A DNA stretch of 64,000 bases from an uncultured Candidatus Saccharibacteria bacterium (GCA_964566135.1 CAZMHM010000006.1:2973-66972); one strand, 5' to 3'. Numbered from the stretch's first letter, positions 39,738-52,612 are shown. A program made the numbers and translations. The notes: generated by a model not told the origin, from the sequence alone.

Positions 39738-39816
39738 ATAAAACCATAAATTATAATAAAACGCAATATCTCATATCTGTTTTTACGGAATTCATGTATG
39801 CTAAAATAAAGTGTAT

Positions 39817-41103
39817 ATGCTTGGCAAATTAAAGCAGCTCAAAAACACCGTAAAAGAGGGCTCAAAACCATCAAACGAACGATTGATGGTTTCACTTGAT
39901 ATTGGTACGGAATTTGTAAAAGCGCTTGTTGCCAGAATCGATGAAAATAACGAGATTGAGATTTTGGGTGTTGGCCGCGCGCACCAAAGCCTGAGCGACA
40001 TGCAGGCGGGAGCAATTGCCGACATTGCTGGTGTCGTTGCAAATTGTGACACAGCGCTTAATCAGGCAGAGCAACAAGCCGGTGTTAGTGCGCGAAGTGC
40101 GGTTGTTGGCATCGCCGGTGAGCTTGTGCGTGGTAATACCACAACGGTTAAGTTTACCCGTAAAGATCCTACAAAACAGATAGATATTGCCGAAGTAGAC
40201 CGTATATTTTCGTTGGTACAAGAGCGAGCCTTAACACAAGCAAAAAAACAGCTTGCGATTGATACGGGTGGCAAGCAAATAGGCCTTAAGCTCGTAAACA
40301 GTGCACTTATATCTATAGAAATTGATGGCTATGGTGTAACCAATCCAATTGGCTTCCAGGGTAAGGATGTACAAGTGCAGCTTTACACGGCCTTCGCGCC
40401 ACTTGTGCATATTGGTGCAATCGAACGCGTTGCCGACCAACTTGATCTTGATTTACTTACTGTTGCGGCAGAGCCATTTGCTGTTGCACGTTCGGTTATT
40501 GGTGATGACCCAAATGCAAACCTGAGCGCAATTTTGGTTGACGTTGGTGGTGGTACGACTGATATCGCCGTTGTTAATGAAGGTGGCGTTGAAGGTACAA
40601 AAATGTTTGGCATTGGTGGCCGTAGTTTTACGAAATCTATCGAACGCGATTTAAATACCGACTTTGATAGGGCAGAAGCTTTGAAGCTTGGCTTAAGCAA
40701 TGGCCGAACGCCCGAACCTCGCCGCAAACCAGTAGAGGCAGCACTAAACAAAACGCTTGGCGTCTGGACAAATGGTGTTGAGCTCGCACTCGAAGAGTTC
40801 AAACGGCTTGATCATTTACCGCATCAGATTTTACTGTGCGGTGGTGGCGCAAGCTTAACAATGCTTACTGATATGCTTGGCCAAAGTGATTGGTATGCAG
40901 ATTTACCATTTGCACGTAAGCCACAAGTAAAACTTATTAGACCCAATCAAGTTGTTGGCATTCGCGACACAACTGGTGTTATTGACGACCACACCTACAT
41001 CACAGCCATGGGATTATTACGCGTAGCAATGGATACCCTGTTACAATATGATGCACCGGGTGACTCAGTTCGCGACCGCTTAAATCGGATATTAAAAGTA
41101 TGA
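39817..41103 (+). CDS. ftsA: actin-like ATPase, FtsA-like
   Basis: SLDIGTEFVKALV phosphate-1, LVDVGGGTTDIAVV phosphate-2, LCGGGASL adenosine motif, and a possible C-terminal amphipathic helix (VRDRLNRILKV). The ORF opens at a GTG at 39811. Confidence 0.72.
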   Translation: MLGKLKQLKNTVKEGSKPSNERLMVSLDIGTEFVKALVARIDENNEIEILGVGRAHQSLSDMQAGAIADIAGVVANCDTALNQAEQQAGVSARSAVVGIAGELVRGNTTTVKFTRKDPTKQIDIAEVDRIFSLVQERALTQAKKQLAIDTGGKQIGLKLVNSALISIEIDGYGVTNPIGFQGKDVQVQLYTAFAPLVHIGAIERVADQLDLDLLTVAAEPFAVARSVIGDDPNANLSAILVDVGGGTTDIAVVNEGGVEGTKMFGIGGRSFTKSIERDLNTDFDRAEALKLGLSNGRTPEPRRKPVEAALNKTLGVWTNGVELALEEFKRLDHLPHQILLCGGGASLTMLTDMLGQSDWYADLPFARKPQVKLIRPNQVVGIRDTTGVIDDHTYITAMGLLRVAMDTLLQYDAPGDSVRDRLNRILKV

Positions 41104-42797
41104 AAAAAGACACCGTATACATCGATAACGACGACGAAATAACAAGTATTTCTGACAAAGTGCAATCTGCGCAGAATGATATTGTTGCCCTAGTATTGCC
41201 AAAACGATGCACGGTTTTGCAAAGCTCTGTAAATATGAAGATTTTGAACCGAGCGGCAAAAAACTCTGGTAAGAAGCTAGTATTAATTACCAGCGAAGCA
41301 GCCTTATTGCCCGTCGCAGGTAGCGCAGGTGTATTTGTTGCTAAAACACTTCAATCAAAACCCTCTGTACCACCGAGCCCAAACTATGAGGATGGAGTAG
41401 TTGATACCGTAGATGAATCTGAAGACGAAGCAACCGACTTAGATCCAACAAAATCAATCGGTGAGCTTGCAGGCGCTACGGCTGTAGCAGCTGCGGCGGT
41501 TGCTGCCACCGACACCGAAGAAGCGCCAATTGTGCTTGGTGATGAGTCAGATGAAGCAGCAGCTACAAAAGGCAAAAAAGACAAAAAACCGAAAGAAAAG
41601 AAAGACAAGAAGCTTAAGGTCCCTAATTTTGATAGCTTTAGAATAAAATTATTCGCCGCTATCGGCGCAATTATCTTACTGATTGTTTTATGGTTTGTTG
41701 CTACGAATGTATTGCCACGAGCAAAAATAACAATTACAACCGAAAATAAATCTGTGCCGGTAAATATATCTATAACTGGTAGCCCTGGTGCCCAATCGAT
41801 TAATGTAGACGGTAAAGTTGTGCCCGCGCAGACCAAAACGCTCGATAAAAATGAGACGAAAAAGTTCCAAGCAACCGGCGAAAAAAATGTTGGTAATAAG
41901 GCAACCGGTAAAGTTCACTTCGTAAATTGCAATGTAGCAGATAAACTAGGCGATGTCTCTAGAACTGTTCCGGCTGGTACTGGAATAAGCTCGGGAGGAT
42001 TAACGTTTATCACCCAGGCTGATGTAACAGTATTACCAAGCGGCTTTACTGGCACGACCTGTAAAGCAAATGTTCCTTCTGCGGATGTATCTGTAATAGC
42101 AGCAGAAGGTGGCGACAAATTTAATGTTAGCGCAAGAAGCTACAGTGTTTCAGGATTTCCCTCAATGACTGCTCGAGATGACAATGGTATGAGTGGTGGA
42201 ACGAGTAGCATCGTAAAAGTTGTGAGCGCAAGCGACTGCGAAAGTGCCAAGAATGAACTGTTAAATACAAAGACAGATGGCTATAAAACTGAGCTTACTA
42301 CGCAGCTACTGGCTGCTGGCCTTACGCCGTTGCCAGATACATTTAACGCAGAGCCAGGTAAAGTCACGTGTAACCCAGATGTTAACGCCGAAGCGTCCGA
42401 GGCGACAGCCAGTGTAACCTTTAAAGCATCGATGATGGGTGTTAATACGGCAGCACTAGAACAACTTGTCCAAACAGAAGTAAGTAAAGATCTTCAGAGT
42501 GGCCAGTCAATCTTTGATGCAGGCATTAAAACTTCGACACTAACTGTTAAAGAACGAAAAACAAATGGCGACGTTGTATTCACGCTCCAAACAGATGCAC
42601 AAACAGGTATTAAGCAAGACCCAGATGCCATAGCACAAAGTATTGCAGGCAAAAAACGTGGAGAGACAACTGCAATTTTGCAGGCGCAGCCAGGGGTTAA
42701 GGATGTCAAAATCGAATATAGTCCGTTCTGGGTTAGTGGTACACCAAAAAATGTAAAACATATTACGATAACCTTTGTCAGCAATGGAAGTAAGTAA
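41100..42797 (+). CDS. bitopic membrane protein: small cytoplasmic domain, acidic/Lys-rich linker, TM, about 370-aa external beta-rich domain (hypothetical)
   Basis: ATGA overlap with the ftsA-like gene. TM LFAAIGAIILLIVLWFVATNVL. No catalytic motif recognised. Confidence 0.7.
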   Translation: MKKDTVYIDNDDEITSISDKVQSAQNDIVALVLPKRCTVLQSSVNMKILNRAAKNSGKKLVLITSEAALLPVAGSAGVFVAKTLQSKPSVPPSPNYEDGVVDTVDESEDEATDLDPTKSIGELAGATAVAAAAVAATDTEEAPIVLGDESDEAAATKGKKDKKPKEKKDKKLKVPNFDSFRIKLFAAIGAIILLIVLWFVATNVLPRAKITITTENKSVPVNISITGSPGAQSINVDGKVVPAQTKTLDKNETKKFQATGEKNVGNKATGKVHFVNCNVADKLGDVSRTVPAGTGISSGGLTFITQADVTVLPSGFTGTTCKANVPSADVSVIAAEGGDKFNVSARSYSVSGFPSMTARDDNGMSGGTSSIVKVVSASDCESAKNELLNTKTDGYKTELTTQLLAAGLTPLPDTFNAEPGKVTCNPDVNAEASEATASVTFKASMMGVNTAALEQLVQTEVSKDLQSGQSIFDAGIKTSTLTVKERKTNGDVVFTLQTDAQTGIKQDPDAIAQSIAGKKRGETTAILQAQPGVKDVKIEYSPFWVSGTPKNVKHITITFVSNGSK

Positions 42798-43182
42798 CCT
42801 ACTAGGGGTAGATGTTGGCGAGAAGCGCATTGGGGTTGCTCGCGTTAACATGATTGCTCGTTTACCGGAAGCGCTTACCACATTACATAACGATGAGAGC
42901 TTTGCAGGAGCCTTCCAAGCGCTTATTGATGAGTATCAGCCAGATATACTAGTTGTCGGGCTTCCTCGTAACCTGCAGGGCCAAGAAACGGCTCAATCAG
43001 CATATGTCAGGGCTTTTTCTCAGGAAAACCTGATATCATTTAATATCCCAGTGGTTTTTCAGGATGAAACGCTAAGTTCGCGTGTCGCCGAAGAACGTTT
43101 ACAGGGAAAGTCGTATGCGAAAGGCGATATCGATGCCCAAGCTGCACTTGTGATTTTAGAGGATTATTTACAAACAATATGA
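42784..43182 (+). CDS. ruvX: putative pre-16S rRNA nuclease / Holliday junction resolvase-like YqgF
   Basis: LLGVDVGEKRIGVA N-terminus and the LVVGLPRNLQGQET motif. The ORF opens at 42775. Confidence 0.85.
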   Translation: MEVSNLLGVDVGEKRIGVARVNMIARLPEALTTLHNDESFAGAFQALIDEYQPDILVVGLPRNLQGQETAQSAYVRAFSQENLISFNIPVVFQDETLSSRVAEERLQGKSYAKGDIDAQAALVILEDYLQTI

Positions 43183-44237
43183 AATACGCACAAAACCAAG
43201 GTGCTCGACGCTCGCGCCGAGGATTAGCTATTGTTATATCAATAGCTCTGTTTGCGTTGGTTATCATTGCAGGCGGAGCAATAGCGGCTCGTTTTTGGTA
43301 CCAGCAACAACTAGCACCTCTGAGCACGACTTCAACAAGTATTACGGTAACAATTCCATCCGGCGCAACAGCCAAACAAATTGCTACACTTCTTGAAACC
43401 CAAAAGGTAATTAAGAGCGCGCGAGCATTTGAATGGTATGTACGCAACAATGATTTGCGTGACAGCTTACAAGCAGGTCAGTATGCGCTCGACCCATCTT
43501 GGTCAGTATCAGAGGTCGCAAACGCGATTTCAAAAGGAAAAGTACAGAAGAATCTGTTTACTATCTTGCCAGCTCAACGCATCGACCAAATCAAAACAGC
43601 GTTTTTAAAGGCAGGTTTTAACGAAGCGTCAGTAGATGACGCGTTAAATCCTGCGAACTACAAGAATCACCCAGCATTAGTAGCAAAACCAACTAATGCT
43701 TCACTCGAAGGGTACCTATATCCAGAGACATTCCAAACTACGAGCACAACCACACCAGCGGTTATTGTGAAGCAGTCTCTAGATGAGATGGCGCAAGTTT
43801 TAACACCAGATATAATCGATGAATTCCAGGAACAAGGGCTTGGTATTCATCAGGCTGTCACACTGGCATCGATAGTAGAAAAAGAAGTGCCGAGTAGCGG
43901 AGATAGGCGAATGGTCGCACAGGTATTCCTTAACAGGCTGCGCGCTGGTATAGCATTAGGCTCAGATGTAACGTATCACTACGCTGCTGCAATCACAGGT
44001 CAAAATCCTACTCCGTTTATTGATTCGCCCTATAATACACGTAAATATGCAGGATTGCCCCCGGGTCCTATTAGTAACGTCTCAAAATCATCGTTGAATG
44101 CTGTCGCTAACCCCGAGAAAAACGATTATCTGTTCTTTGTGGCAGGTGATGACGGCAAGACATACTTCTCTAAGACGCAGGCAGAACACGATGCGCTCGC
44201 TCAGCAATATTGTAAGGTACTTTGTAGTACATACTAA
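43179..44237 (+). CDS. mltG: endolytic murein transglycosylase (YceG family)
   Basis: ATGA overlap with ruvX and an N-terminal TM. Motifs LEGYLYPETF, ASIVEKE, YNTRKYAGLPPGPISN. Confidence 0.93.
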   Translation: MKYAQNQGARRSRRGLAIVISIALFALVIIAGGAIAARFWYQQQLAPLSTTSTSITVTIPSGATAKQIATLLETQKVIKSARAFEWYVRNNDLRDSLQAGQYALDPSWSVSEVANAISKGKVQKNLFTILPAQRIDQIKTAFLKAGFNEASVDDALNPANYKNHPALVAKPTNASLEGYLYPETFQTTSTTTPAVIVKQSLDEMAQVLTPDIIDEFQEQGLGIHQAVTLASIVEKEVPSSGDRRMVAQVFLNRLRAGIALGSDVTYHYAAAITGQNPTPFIDSPYNTRKYAGLPPGPISNVSKSSLNAVANPEKNDYLFFVAGDDGKTYFSKTQAEHDALAQQYCKVLCSTY

Positions 44238-44261
44238 CAGGGGTAGAGTAGCTCAAAAACC

Positions 44262-44290
44262 TTGACATAGGGCGTATGAGCTAATAAACT
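44262..44290 (+). promoter_or_regulatory. candidate sigma70-type promoter TTGACA-17-TAAACT
   Basis: TTGACA at 44262-44267, a 17-nt spacer, TAAACT at 44285-44290. It would give a 180-340 nt leader for the LysM/CHAP gene. Confidence 0.45.
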
Positions 44291-44634
44291 AGTAATTACG
44301 ATTTTTGGTGATGCTTTATCACTAAAAGCTAACAAAGAGGGTTGTCCAAAAATCGGTCGCAAACTACTACATAAGGCTATTAGCTATGCCGGCGCATGTC
44401 GAACGCGCACGACTAACAACCAAGTAAACGGTAGATTTGCGAAACGATTGGCCTTAGGCCGATCAGGAGCTTTGTATTAGTAATTTATTACCGGCCGTAT
44501 TACAGCGGTCAAAAATAGATAAAACAAAAAAAGAAGCTTCCCTTGAAACTAAGAAGCCTTCTACGAAGGTATACAAGAAACGAGTTCTTAAGTTTAAGAA
44601 GTCGTTTTTAAAGCATGCCTTTGTTATTGCAAAT

Positions 44635-45639
44635 GTGGCACTTGTTGCTGTCGTTGCAAGTATTGTTTGGGTTGGTCATAATCACACCAGCTCTGCAGCT
44701 AACAAGCCACTTCTTAATCAGACAAATAACAGCCAAGCAGCTGCACCACTCGATACATTGTCTTCTGCGGATATCGCGGCCAATATTGCTCGTGCCGTCA
44801 GCATGCCCGAGGCTGTAGCGGTTTCAAACCAAGCCGACTCTGTGAATGCGCAAGTTCTTTCGGCAAATGTTGACGAATCTGTCGTTGCTAAGCCACAACT
44901 CGTTGCAGGCGGTGCTAAGACTCGTAATGATATCCAGACATATACAACAGTCGCAGGTGATACGGTTAGCGCACTAGCTACTCGGTTTGGTGTTACCTCT
45001 GACACTATTAAGTGGTCAAATGGTCTTACATCAGATACACTCGCAGCTGGCAAATCACTCCAGATTCCACCTCGCAACGGCATTATCTATAAGATACAAA
45101 GCGGTGACACAATCGATTCAATCGCTACAAAGTACAATGCAAGCAAAGAGCAAGTTATCGCCTTTAATGACTTCGAGGTTAATAGCCTAACAACTGGTGA
45201 TACTATTTTGGTGCCAGATGGTGTGTTGCCAGCTCCAACGCGTACGGTTACAACAACACGAGCAACTACAAATCTCAGTACAAATGATTCGTACACGGTC
45301 TATGGATTCTCACCCGTATACGGTAATAACGGCTACGCATATGGCTACTGTACCTACTATGTCGCATCGCGCATTAGTGTTCCTAAAAACTGGGGCAATG
45401 CAAATACTTGGGACAATTATGCTGCAGCGAGTGGCTGGACAGTAAGCTCGGTTCCACGTGCTGGTGCGATTCTGCAAACCGACACAGGTTGGGCGGGTCA
45501 CGTTGGTATCGTTGAGGCTGTTTCTGACGATGGGTCAATGATTAAGTTTTCTGACATGAACGGTATTGCCGGTTATGGTCGCGTTGGCTATAGCGACTGG
45601 GTACCTGCGTCGTCATATCCTCACTATATTTATCGCTAA
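44635..45639 (+). CDS. LysM-LysM-CHAP peptidoglycan hydrolase (minimal call; probably extends 5' to 44476)
   Basis: Two LysM repeats (YTTVAGDTVSALATRFGV..., YKIQSGDTIDSIATKYNA...). CHAP domain (GYCTYYVASR...GHVGIVEAV). The first canonical start is GTG at 44635, but the frame is open and Lys-rich from 44458. Confidence 0.85.
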   Translation: MALVAVVASIVWVGHNHTSSAANKPLLNQTNNSQAAAPLDTLSSADIAANIARAVSMPEAVAVSNQADSVNAQVLSANVDESVVAKPQLVAGGAKTRNDIQTYTTVAGDTVSALATRFGVTSDTIKWSNGLTSDTLAAGKSLQIPPRNGIIYKIQSGDTIDSIATKYNASKEQVIAFNDFEVNSLTTGDTILVPDGVLPAPTRTVTTTRATTNLSTNDSYTVYGFSPVYGNNGYAYGYCTYYVASRISVPKNWGNANTWDNYAAASGWTVSSVPRAGAILQTDTGWAGHVGIVEAVSDDGSMIKFSDMNGIAGYGRVGYSDWVPASSYPHYIYR

Positions 45640-45681
45640 ATTTGGCTGTAGCTCCGCGCTGACATCTGTTATCATAGACAC

Positions 45682-46629
45682 ATGAACAAACTTTCCCCAC
45701 GACATTTTTTGCAAAGCAAAGAATGGGGATTGTTTCAAAAAACTCTTGGCAATACGATTATCGAACAGTCGGGTGCGGGCTGGCAGTATTTAGCTATTCT
45801 CGAACGAGGCGATGGTAAGGTCGGTAAGCATTTTACACGGCTCTATTGCCCGTATGGGCCATATTACAAAGATGACGTAGCCTTGCGGGCCGCACTCACT
45901 GACTTAGAGCGCGAAGCTAAAAAACGAGGTGTTGATTATGTACGCGTTGAGCCTACGGGTGCTGAGCGTCAGATGTTATTTACGGGCACCGGCGGCTATA
46001 CCAAACAAGCACATTCTTTTCAGCCGGAACTTTCACTTATAGTTGATTTGACGGCTGATTTTCACGAAGTATTGCTTGGAATGTCAAAAACCAATCGTTA
46101 TCTATGGAACAAGGTTGATCGCAATAACCTAACATTTAACATTTCGTACGATATGGCTGATCTCGAGCACTTCTTGCTGATGATGCGCGAAACATCAAAG
46201 CGGACGCAAGCGACATTTCGTAAGGCGCAGTACTTTGAGTTGCTACTAGAAACTCTCGGCGAATCAAAAACCGCTGGCGTTGCATATGCGTATCATGAGG
46301 ATGAAGTGTTGGTGGGTGTACTATTTGTTGACGATTTTGAAGCCAAAACTCGCTACTATTTGTACGCAGGCTCGTTTGATAAGGCTCGCCAATATAGTGC
46401 CAACGCGCCACTTGTAGTGTATTTGCTACAGCAAGCCAAAGAGACGGGAATTACGCAATTTGATTTCTTTGGGGTATCGCCACAAGAAGCGACAGACCAC
46501 CGCTGGGCGGGGCTGAGTAAGTTCAAACGCTCTTTCGGTGGCGAAGAGATAGTATTTTCTGGAACCTGGGAAAAGCCGATTAACACAGCGCGATATAAAC
46601 TAATGAGCTTTGCCCGAAAATTTGCTTGA
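45682..46629 (+). CDS. FemAB-family peptidoglycan interpeptide-bridge aminoacyltransferase
   Basis: HFLQSKEWGLFQ N-terminus and overall FemX/MurM-like pattern (YLYAGS...ANAPLVVYLL...FDFFGV...GLSKFKRSFGG). Confidence 0.8.
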   Translation: MNKLSPRHFLQSKEWGLFQKTLGNTIIEQSGAGWQYLAILERGDGKVGKHFTRLYCPYGPYYKDDVALRAALTDLEREAKKRGVDYVRVEPTGAERQMLFTGTGGYTKQAHSFQPELSLIVDLTADFHEVLLGMSKTNRYLWNKVDRNNLTFNISYDMADLEHFLLMMRETSKRTQATFRKAQYFELLLETLGESKTAGVAYAYHEDEVLVGVLFVDDFEAKTRYYLYAGSFDKARQYSANAPLVVYLLQQAKETGITQFDFFGVSPQEATDHRWAGLSKFKRSFGGEEIVFSGTWEKPINTARYKLMSFARKFA

Positions 46630-46677
46630 TAGCTAAAAAGATGTTATTTATTGCTAAAAAAGTTATACTGTAGATAA

Positions 46678-49372
<2,695 letters not shown>

Positions 49373-50384
49373 CTATCTGTTAGCCAGTGGTGTACTGTGG
49401 GGTTTTGTTGGTTTGTTTTATAAACAAGGCTTAGCCGTTCTCTCAATTTCGGTATTTTTGGCAATCCGTTTTACGATTGGCGCTGTTGCATTATTTATGA
49501 CGCAACGACATCGTTTCAAAAAGATATCGCTTGCAACATTTATAGTAGTTGCGCTGTTTGCGTTACTAGACGCCATACTCATTAACTATGTGTATAGTTT
49601 TGCTATAGAGCGCACCACGTTGCTTCATGCATCAATCATCCTGCTGCTCGAACCATTTATTGTGTATTTTTTTGCTGCACTTATGCTCAAGGAGCAGCCC
49701 CACCGAATCGTTATTATTGGTAGTTTAATAGCAGCCACTGGTATGGGGATAATTATTCATTACTCGGTAAATAGCTCTATGCAAGAAGGCGCACTATTGG
49801 GCGACATCGCCCTCGTTGGCTATGCGGCAATTAATGCGTTTGCAATTGTTTTTGGGCGTAAGTTACTAGCCCGCAAACACGTCATGCCACCGGAGCAATT
49901 TGGTTTTATTGAATATATCGTGGCCGCTGTTGTTATTTCATCGGTAGTTACCTTGACGTCTGGCTGGAGTGAGGTGGTAGCTATTTCTTTGACAACGTGG
50001 TTTTGGATTTTTGCGGCAGCAATCATTGGCGGTGCAATGCCTATCGTACTGTATTATCGCTCGGTCAAGCAGTTGCCGGCCGAAAGACTTGCAGACATTG
50101 CTTTTATTTCGCCCGCCGTCGCCGCCACTGTTGGTGTAGTGTTCTTGGGTGAAAGTCTAACTGCTGGTTTCGTGCTTGGCACAAGTATTGTAGTGATTGG
50201 ACTGCTTGTAAGCCACAAAAAAATTCATCCAATTTTAGTTGCACACAAATTAGGCGCCGGTATAAATACGCTCGAAAAAACATTTGCCATTCCACAAAAA
50301 GCTTACCAATACATAACGATAGAGACGAAAAAAACGCTTGGCTTGTAATCGCTGCGATGGGTAATCTGCTATGCTAGACGAAGC

Positions 50385-51824
50385 ATGCAATCTTTTTATT
50401 TTTACGACCTAGAAACGACTGGTTTTAGCGCCCGCAATGCGCGAATCATGCAGTTTGCTGGCCAAAGAACCAATCTAAACCTCGAGCCTATTGGCGAACC
50501 GGACAATATCCTGATTAAAATTACGCCAGATATCTTGCCCGAGCCAGATGCGATACTTGTAACAGGCATTACACCACAGCAAACGTTGCTTGACGGTATT
50601 ACTGAAGCTGAATTCCTACGCTATTTCCATATAGAAATTGCAACACCAAATACTATTTTTGTCGGCTATAACACCGTACGTTTTGATGATGAGTTTATTC
50701 GTTTTACGAACTACCGTAATTTTTACGATGCATACGAGTGGCAATGGCAAGATGGCCGTAGCAGATGGGATATATTAGATGTTGTACGCATGACGCGCGC
50801 GTTACGCCCCGATGGCATCGTATGGCCATTTGGTAGCGACGGCAAAGCTGCAAATAAACTAGAGCTCATTGCGAGTGTTAACAAACTTACACACGATAAA
50901 GCCCACGATGCACTCAGTGATGTATATGCCACCATTGGTGTCGCAAAACTGATTAAGCAAAAGCAGCCAAAATTATTCGAATATTTGCTCAAAGTACGTG
51001 ATAAAAAAGAAGTCGAAAAACTTGTTACCTCATCACAACCTTTTGTGTATACGTCTGGCAGATATTCAGCGGAGTTCGAAAAAACTTCCATTGCCGTTAC
51101 GGTTGCTCCACATCCTACGCAAAAGGGTTCTGTTTTTGTGTATGATCTCCGGCACGATCCGACTCCGTTTGCAGATATGCAACCGAACGCTCTGGCGGAA
51201 TTGTTAAAGAAATATAAGTTCGAAGAAGGCGAATTGAGACTTCCGGTAAAGCAGCTACAATTCAACAAATGTCCGGCGGTAGCCCCTCTTGCCGTACTAA
51301 CAGAAGACGACAAGACCCGATTATCTATCAACATGAAAGATGTTGAAAAGCATTTAAAACTACTACTTACAATGTCTGATTTTAGCGATCGGTTGCAAGA
51401 AGCACTTCGAATTAATGAAAAGAAACAACAAACAAGCTTTGTCGTTGATGTGAATGATGTCGATTCGCAATTGTATGATGGCTTCTTTGGCGATGGCGAC
51501 AGAACCAAAATGAGTGTTGTACGAGCAGCCGACGAAAATGGACTTGCTGATTTGCATCTAGACTTTAGTGATGCACGTCTCGATAAACTGCTACTGCTCT
51601 ACAAGGCGAGGCAGTTTCCAAAGAGCCTAACTCCAGAAGAGCAAGCGCAGTGGCAAGAATACCGTGAAGTGAAATTGTTAAACGGCGATAGCGAGAGTAA
51701 GGTAGCTAAATACTTCCAGCGTATTAACGAGTTGTCTACTCGTAGTGATCTGACACAAAATCAAATGTATTTGCTCGAAGAGCTGAAACTATACGGCGAA
51801 AGTATTATGCCGTATGACGCCTAA
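50385..51824 (+). CDS. sbcB: exodeoxyribonuclease I
   Basis: FYFYDLETTGF...MQFAGQRT...LVTGITPQ...GYNTVRFDDEF is colinear with E. coli SbcB DEDDh motifs. Confidence 0.9.
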   Translation: MQSFYFYDLETTGFSARNARIMQFAGQRTNLNLEPIGEPDNILIKITPDILPEPDAILVTGITPQQTLLDGITEAEFLRYFHIEIATPNTIFVGYNTVRFDDEFIRFTNYRNFYDAYEWQWQDGRSRWDILDVVRMTRALRPDGIVWPFGSDGKAANKLELIASVNKLTHDKAHDALSDVYATIGVAKLIKQKQPKLFEYLLKVRDKKEVEKLVTSSQPFVYTSGRYSAEFEKTSIAVTVAPHPTQKGSVFVYDLRHDPTPFADMQPNALAELLKKYKFEEGELRLPVKQLQFNKCPAVAPLAVLTEDDKTRLSINMKDVEKHLKLLLTMSDFSDRLQEALRINEKKQQTSFVVDVNDVDSQLYDGFFGDGDRTKMSVVRAADENGLADLHLDFSDARLDKLLLLYKARQFPKSLTPEEQAQWQEYREVKLLNGDSESKVAKYFQRINELSTRSDLTQNQMYLLEELKLYGESIMPYDA

Positions 51825-52111
51825 AGCGCAATGATATCGAAGTAGGTCATTCCCTTTGGTAGAGTTGGGTATGGATCGAGTGATGAGGCAATGCGGTATG
51901 CAATCTTCGATAGAATTGTACAGATAATCAAGAATCCAATAGCCCATAACGCCAGCACAATGTCTGCAAGCTCAAATCGGTAATTTGTGCCTGGAATAAC
52001 TCCCAACAAAATAAATTGTTGTAGCGTAGCCTCTAGCTGTATGCCACTTGTAATTTGCCGTATTGATAAAAGCAAGTACGCACTGTCATGAATACTGAAT
52101 AACATCCACAT
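51821..52111 (-). CDS. small hydrophobic protein (hypothetical)
   Basis: 96-aa minus-strand ORF with one or two hydrophobic segments. Its stop overlaps the sbcB stop. No homolog recognised. Confidence 0.35.
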   Translation of the reverse strand: MWMLFSIHDSAYLLLSIRQITSGIQLEATLQQFILLGVIPGTNYRFELADIVLALWAIGFLIICTILSKIAYRIASSLDPYPTLPKGMTYFDIIAL

Positions 52112-52177
52112 ATAATTCCTTGTGGAAGTACCATACTGCTAAATACTAAAAAATGCAATAATATTATATAGTAAGCT

Positions 52178-52594
52178 TTAGCGTTTTTTGAGACCACTTG
52201 TAAAGCGTTCCCATCGCTTGCGATTGTAGAAAAAATCAACCAGGCTCAATGCGGTCAGGCCAATGCTTATGCCAATAGTCACATATGTAACTGATGTTTG
52301 GAGCAAAATTATTACACTAATAATAAGTGCAATAGCGAACAAATCATGGAGTGCCTTAACCCACGGATTTTCGGGGAATATATAAATCATGAATTTCGAA
52401 CCGTTTTCTTTGGCAAAAAGTAAGATTCGTCGCGCCCAATGATTATGGATAGAAAGTAGTCCAAGACCGCCCAATATAAGGGGTATACCACCAGGTCCAG
52501 GCAGCCATCCGGTCAGTATTCCAAGCAGTATTAATCCATAGCCCGCCGCATCAATGCCAAACCGTGTCATGAATTTCTTAAACTTTTGCATCAA
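52178..52594 (-). CDS. PGPGW-motif transmembrane protein
   Basis: GWLPGPGGIPLILGGLGLLS motif and four hydrophobic helices. Confidence 0.65.
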   Translation of the reverse strand: MMQKFKKFMTRFGIDAAGYGLILLGILTGWLPGPGGIPLILGGLGLLSIHNHWARRILLFAKENGSKFMIYIFPENPWVKALHDLFAIALIISVIILLQTSVTYVTIGISIGLTALSLVDFFYNRKRWERFTSGLKKR

Positions 52595-52612
52595 GACCTA
52601 TTGTACTTTAGT

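Noticed and set aside
44290-44475. Cyclic-di-AMP (ydaO-type) riboswitch upstream of the LysM-CHAP hydrolase
   Set aside because: The context is suggestive, because cell-wall hydrolases are frequent ydaO targets. However, I could not find the conserved G-rich/ACCC-type core segments I remember for that class. It is left only as an Rfam check.
44615-44818. ATG-initiated 67-aa ORF overlapping the 5' end of the LysM-CHAP gene
   Set aside because: It is out of frame with the LysM-CHAP gene, its translation is hydrophobic and low in information, and it has no Shine-Dalgarno. The Lys-rich in-frame extension with AGGAG-ATT is a better explanation of the upstream coding signal.
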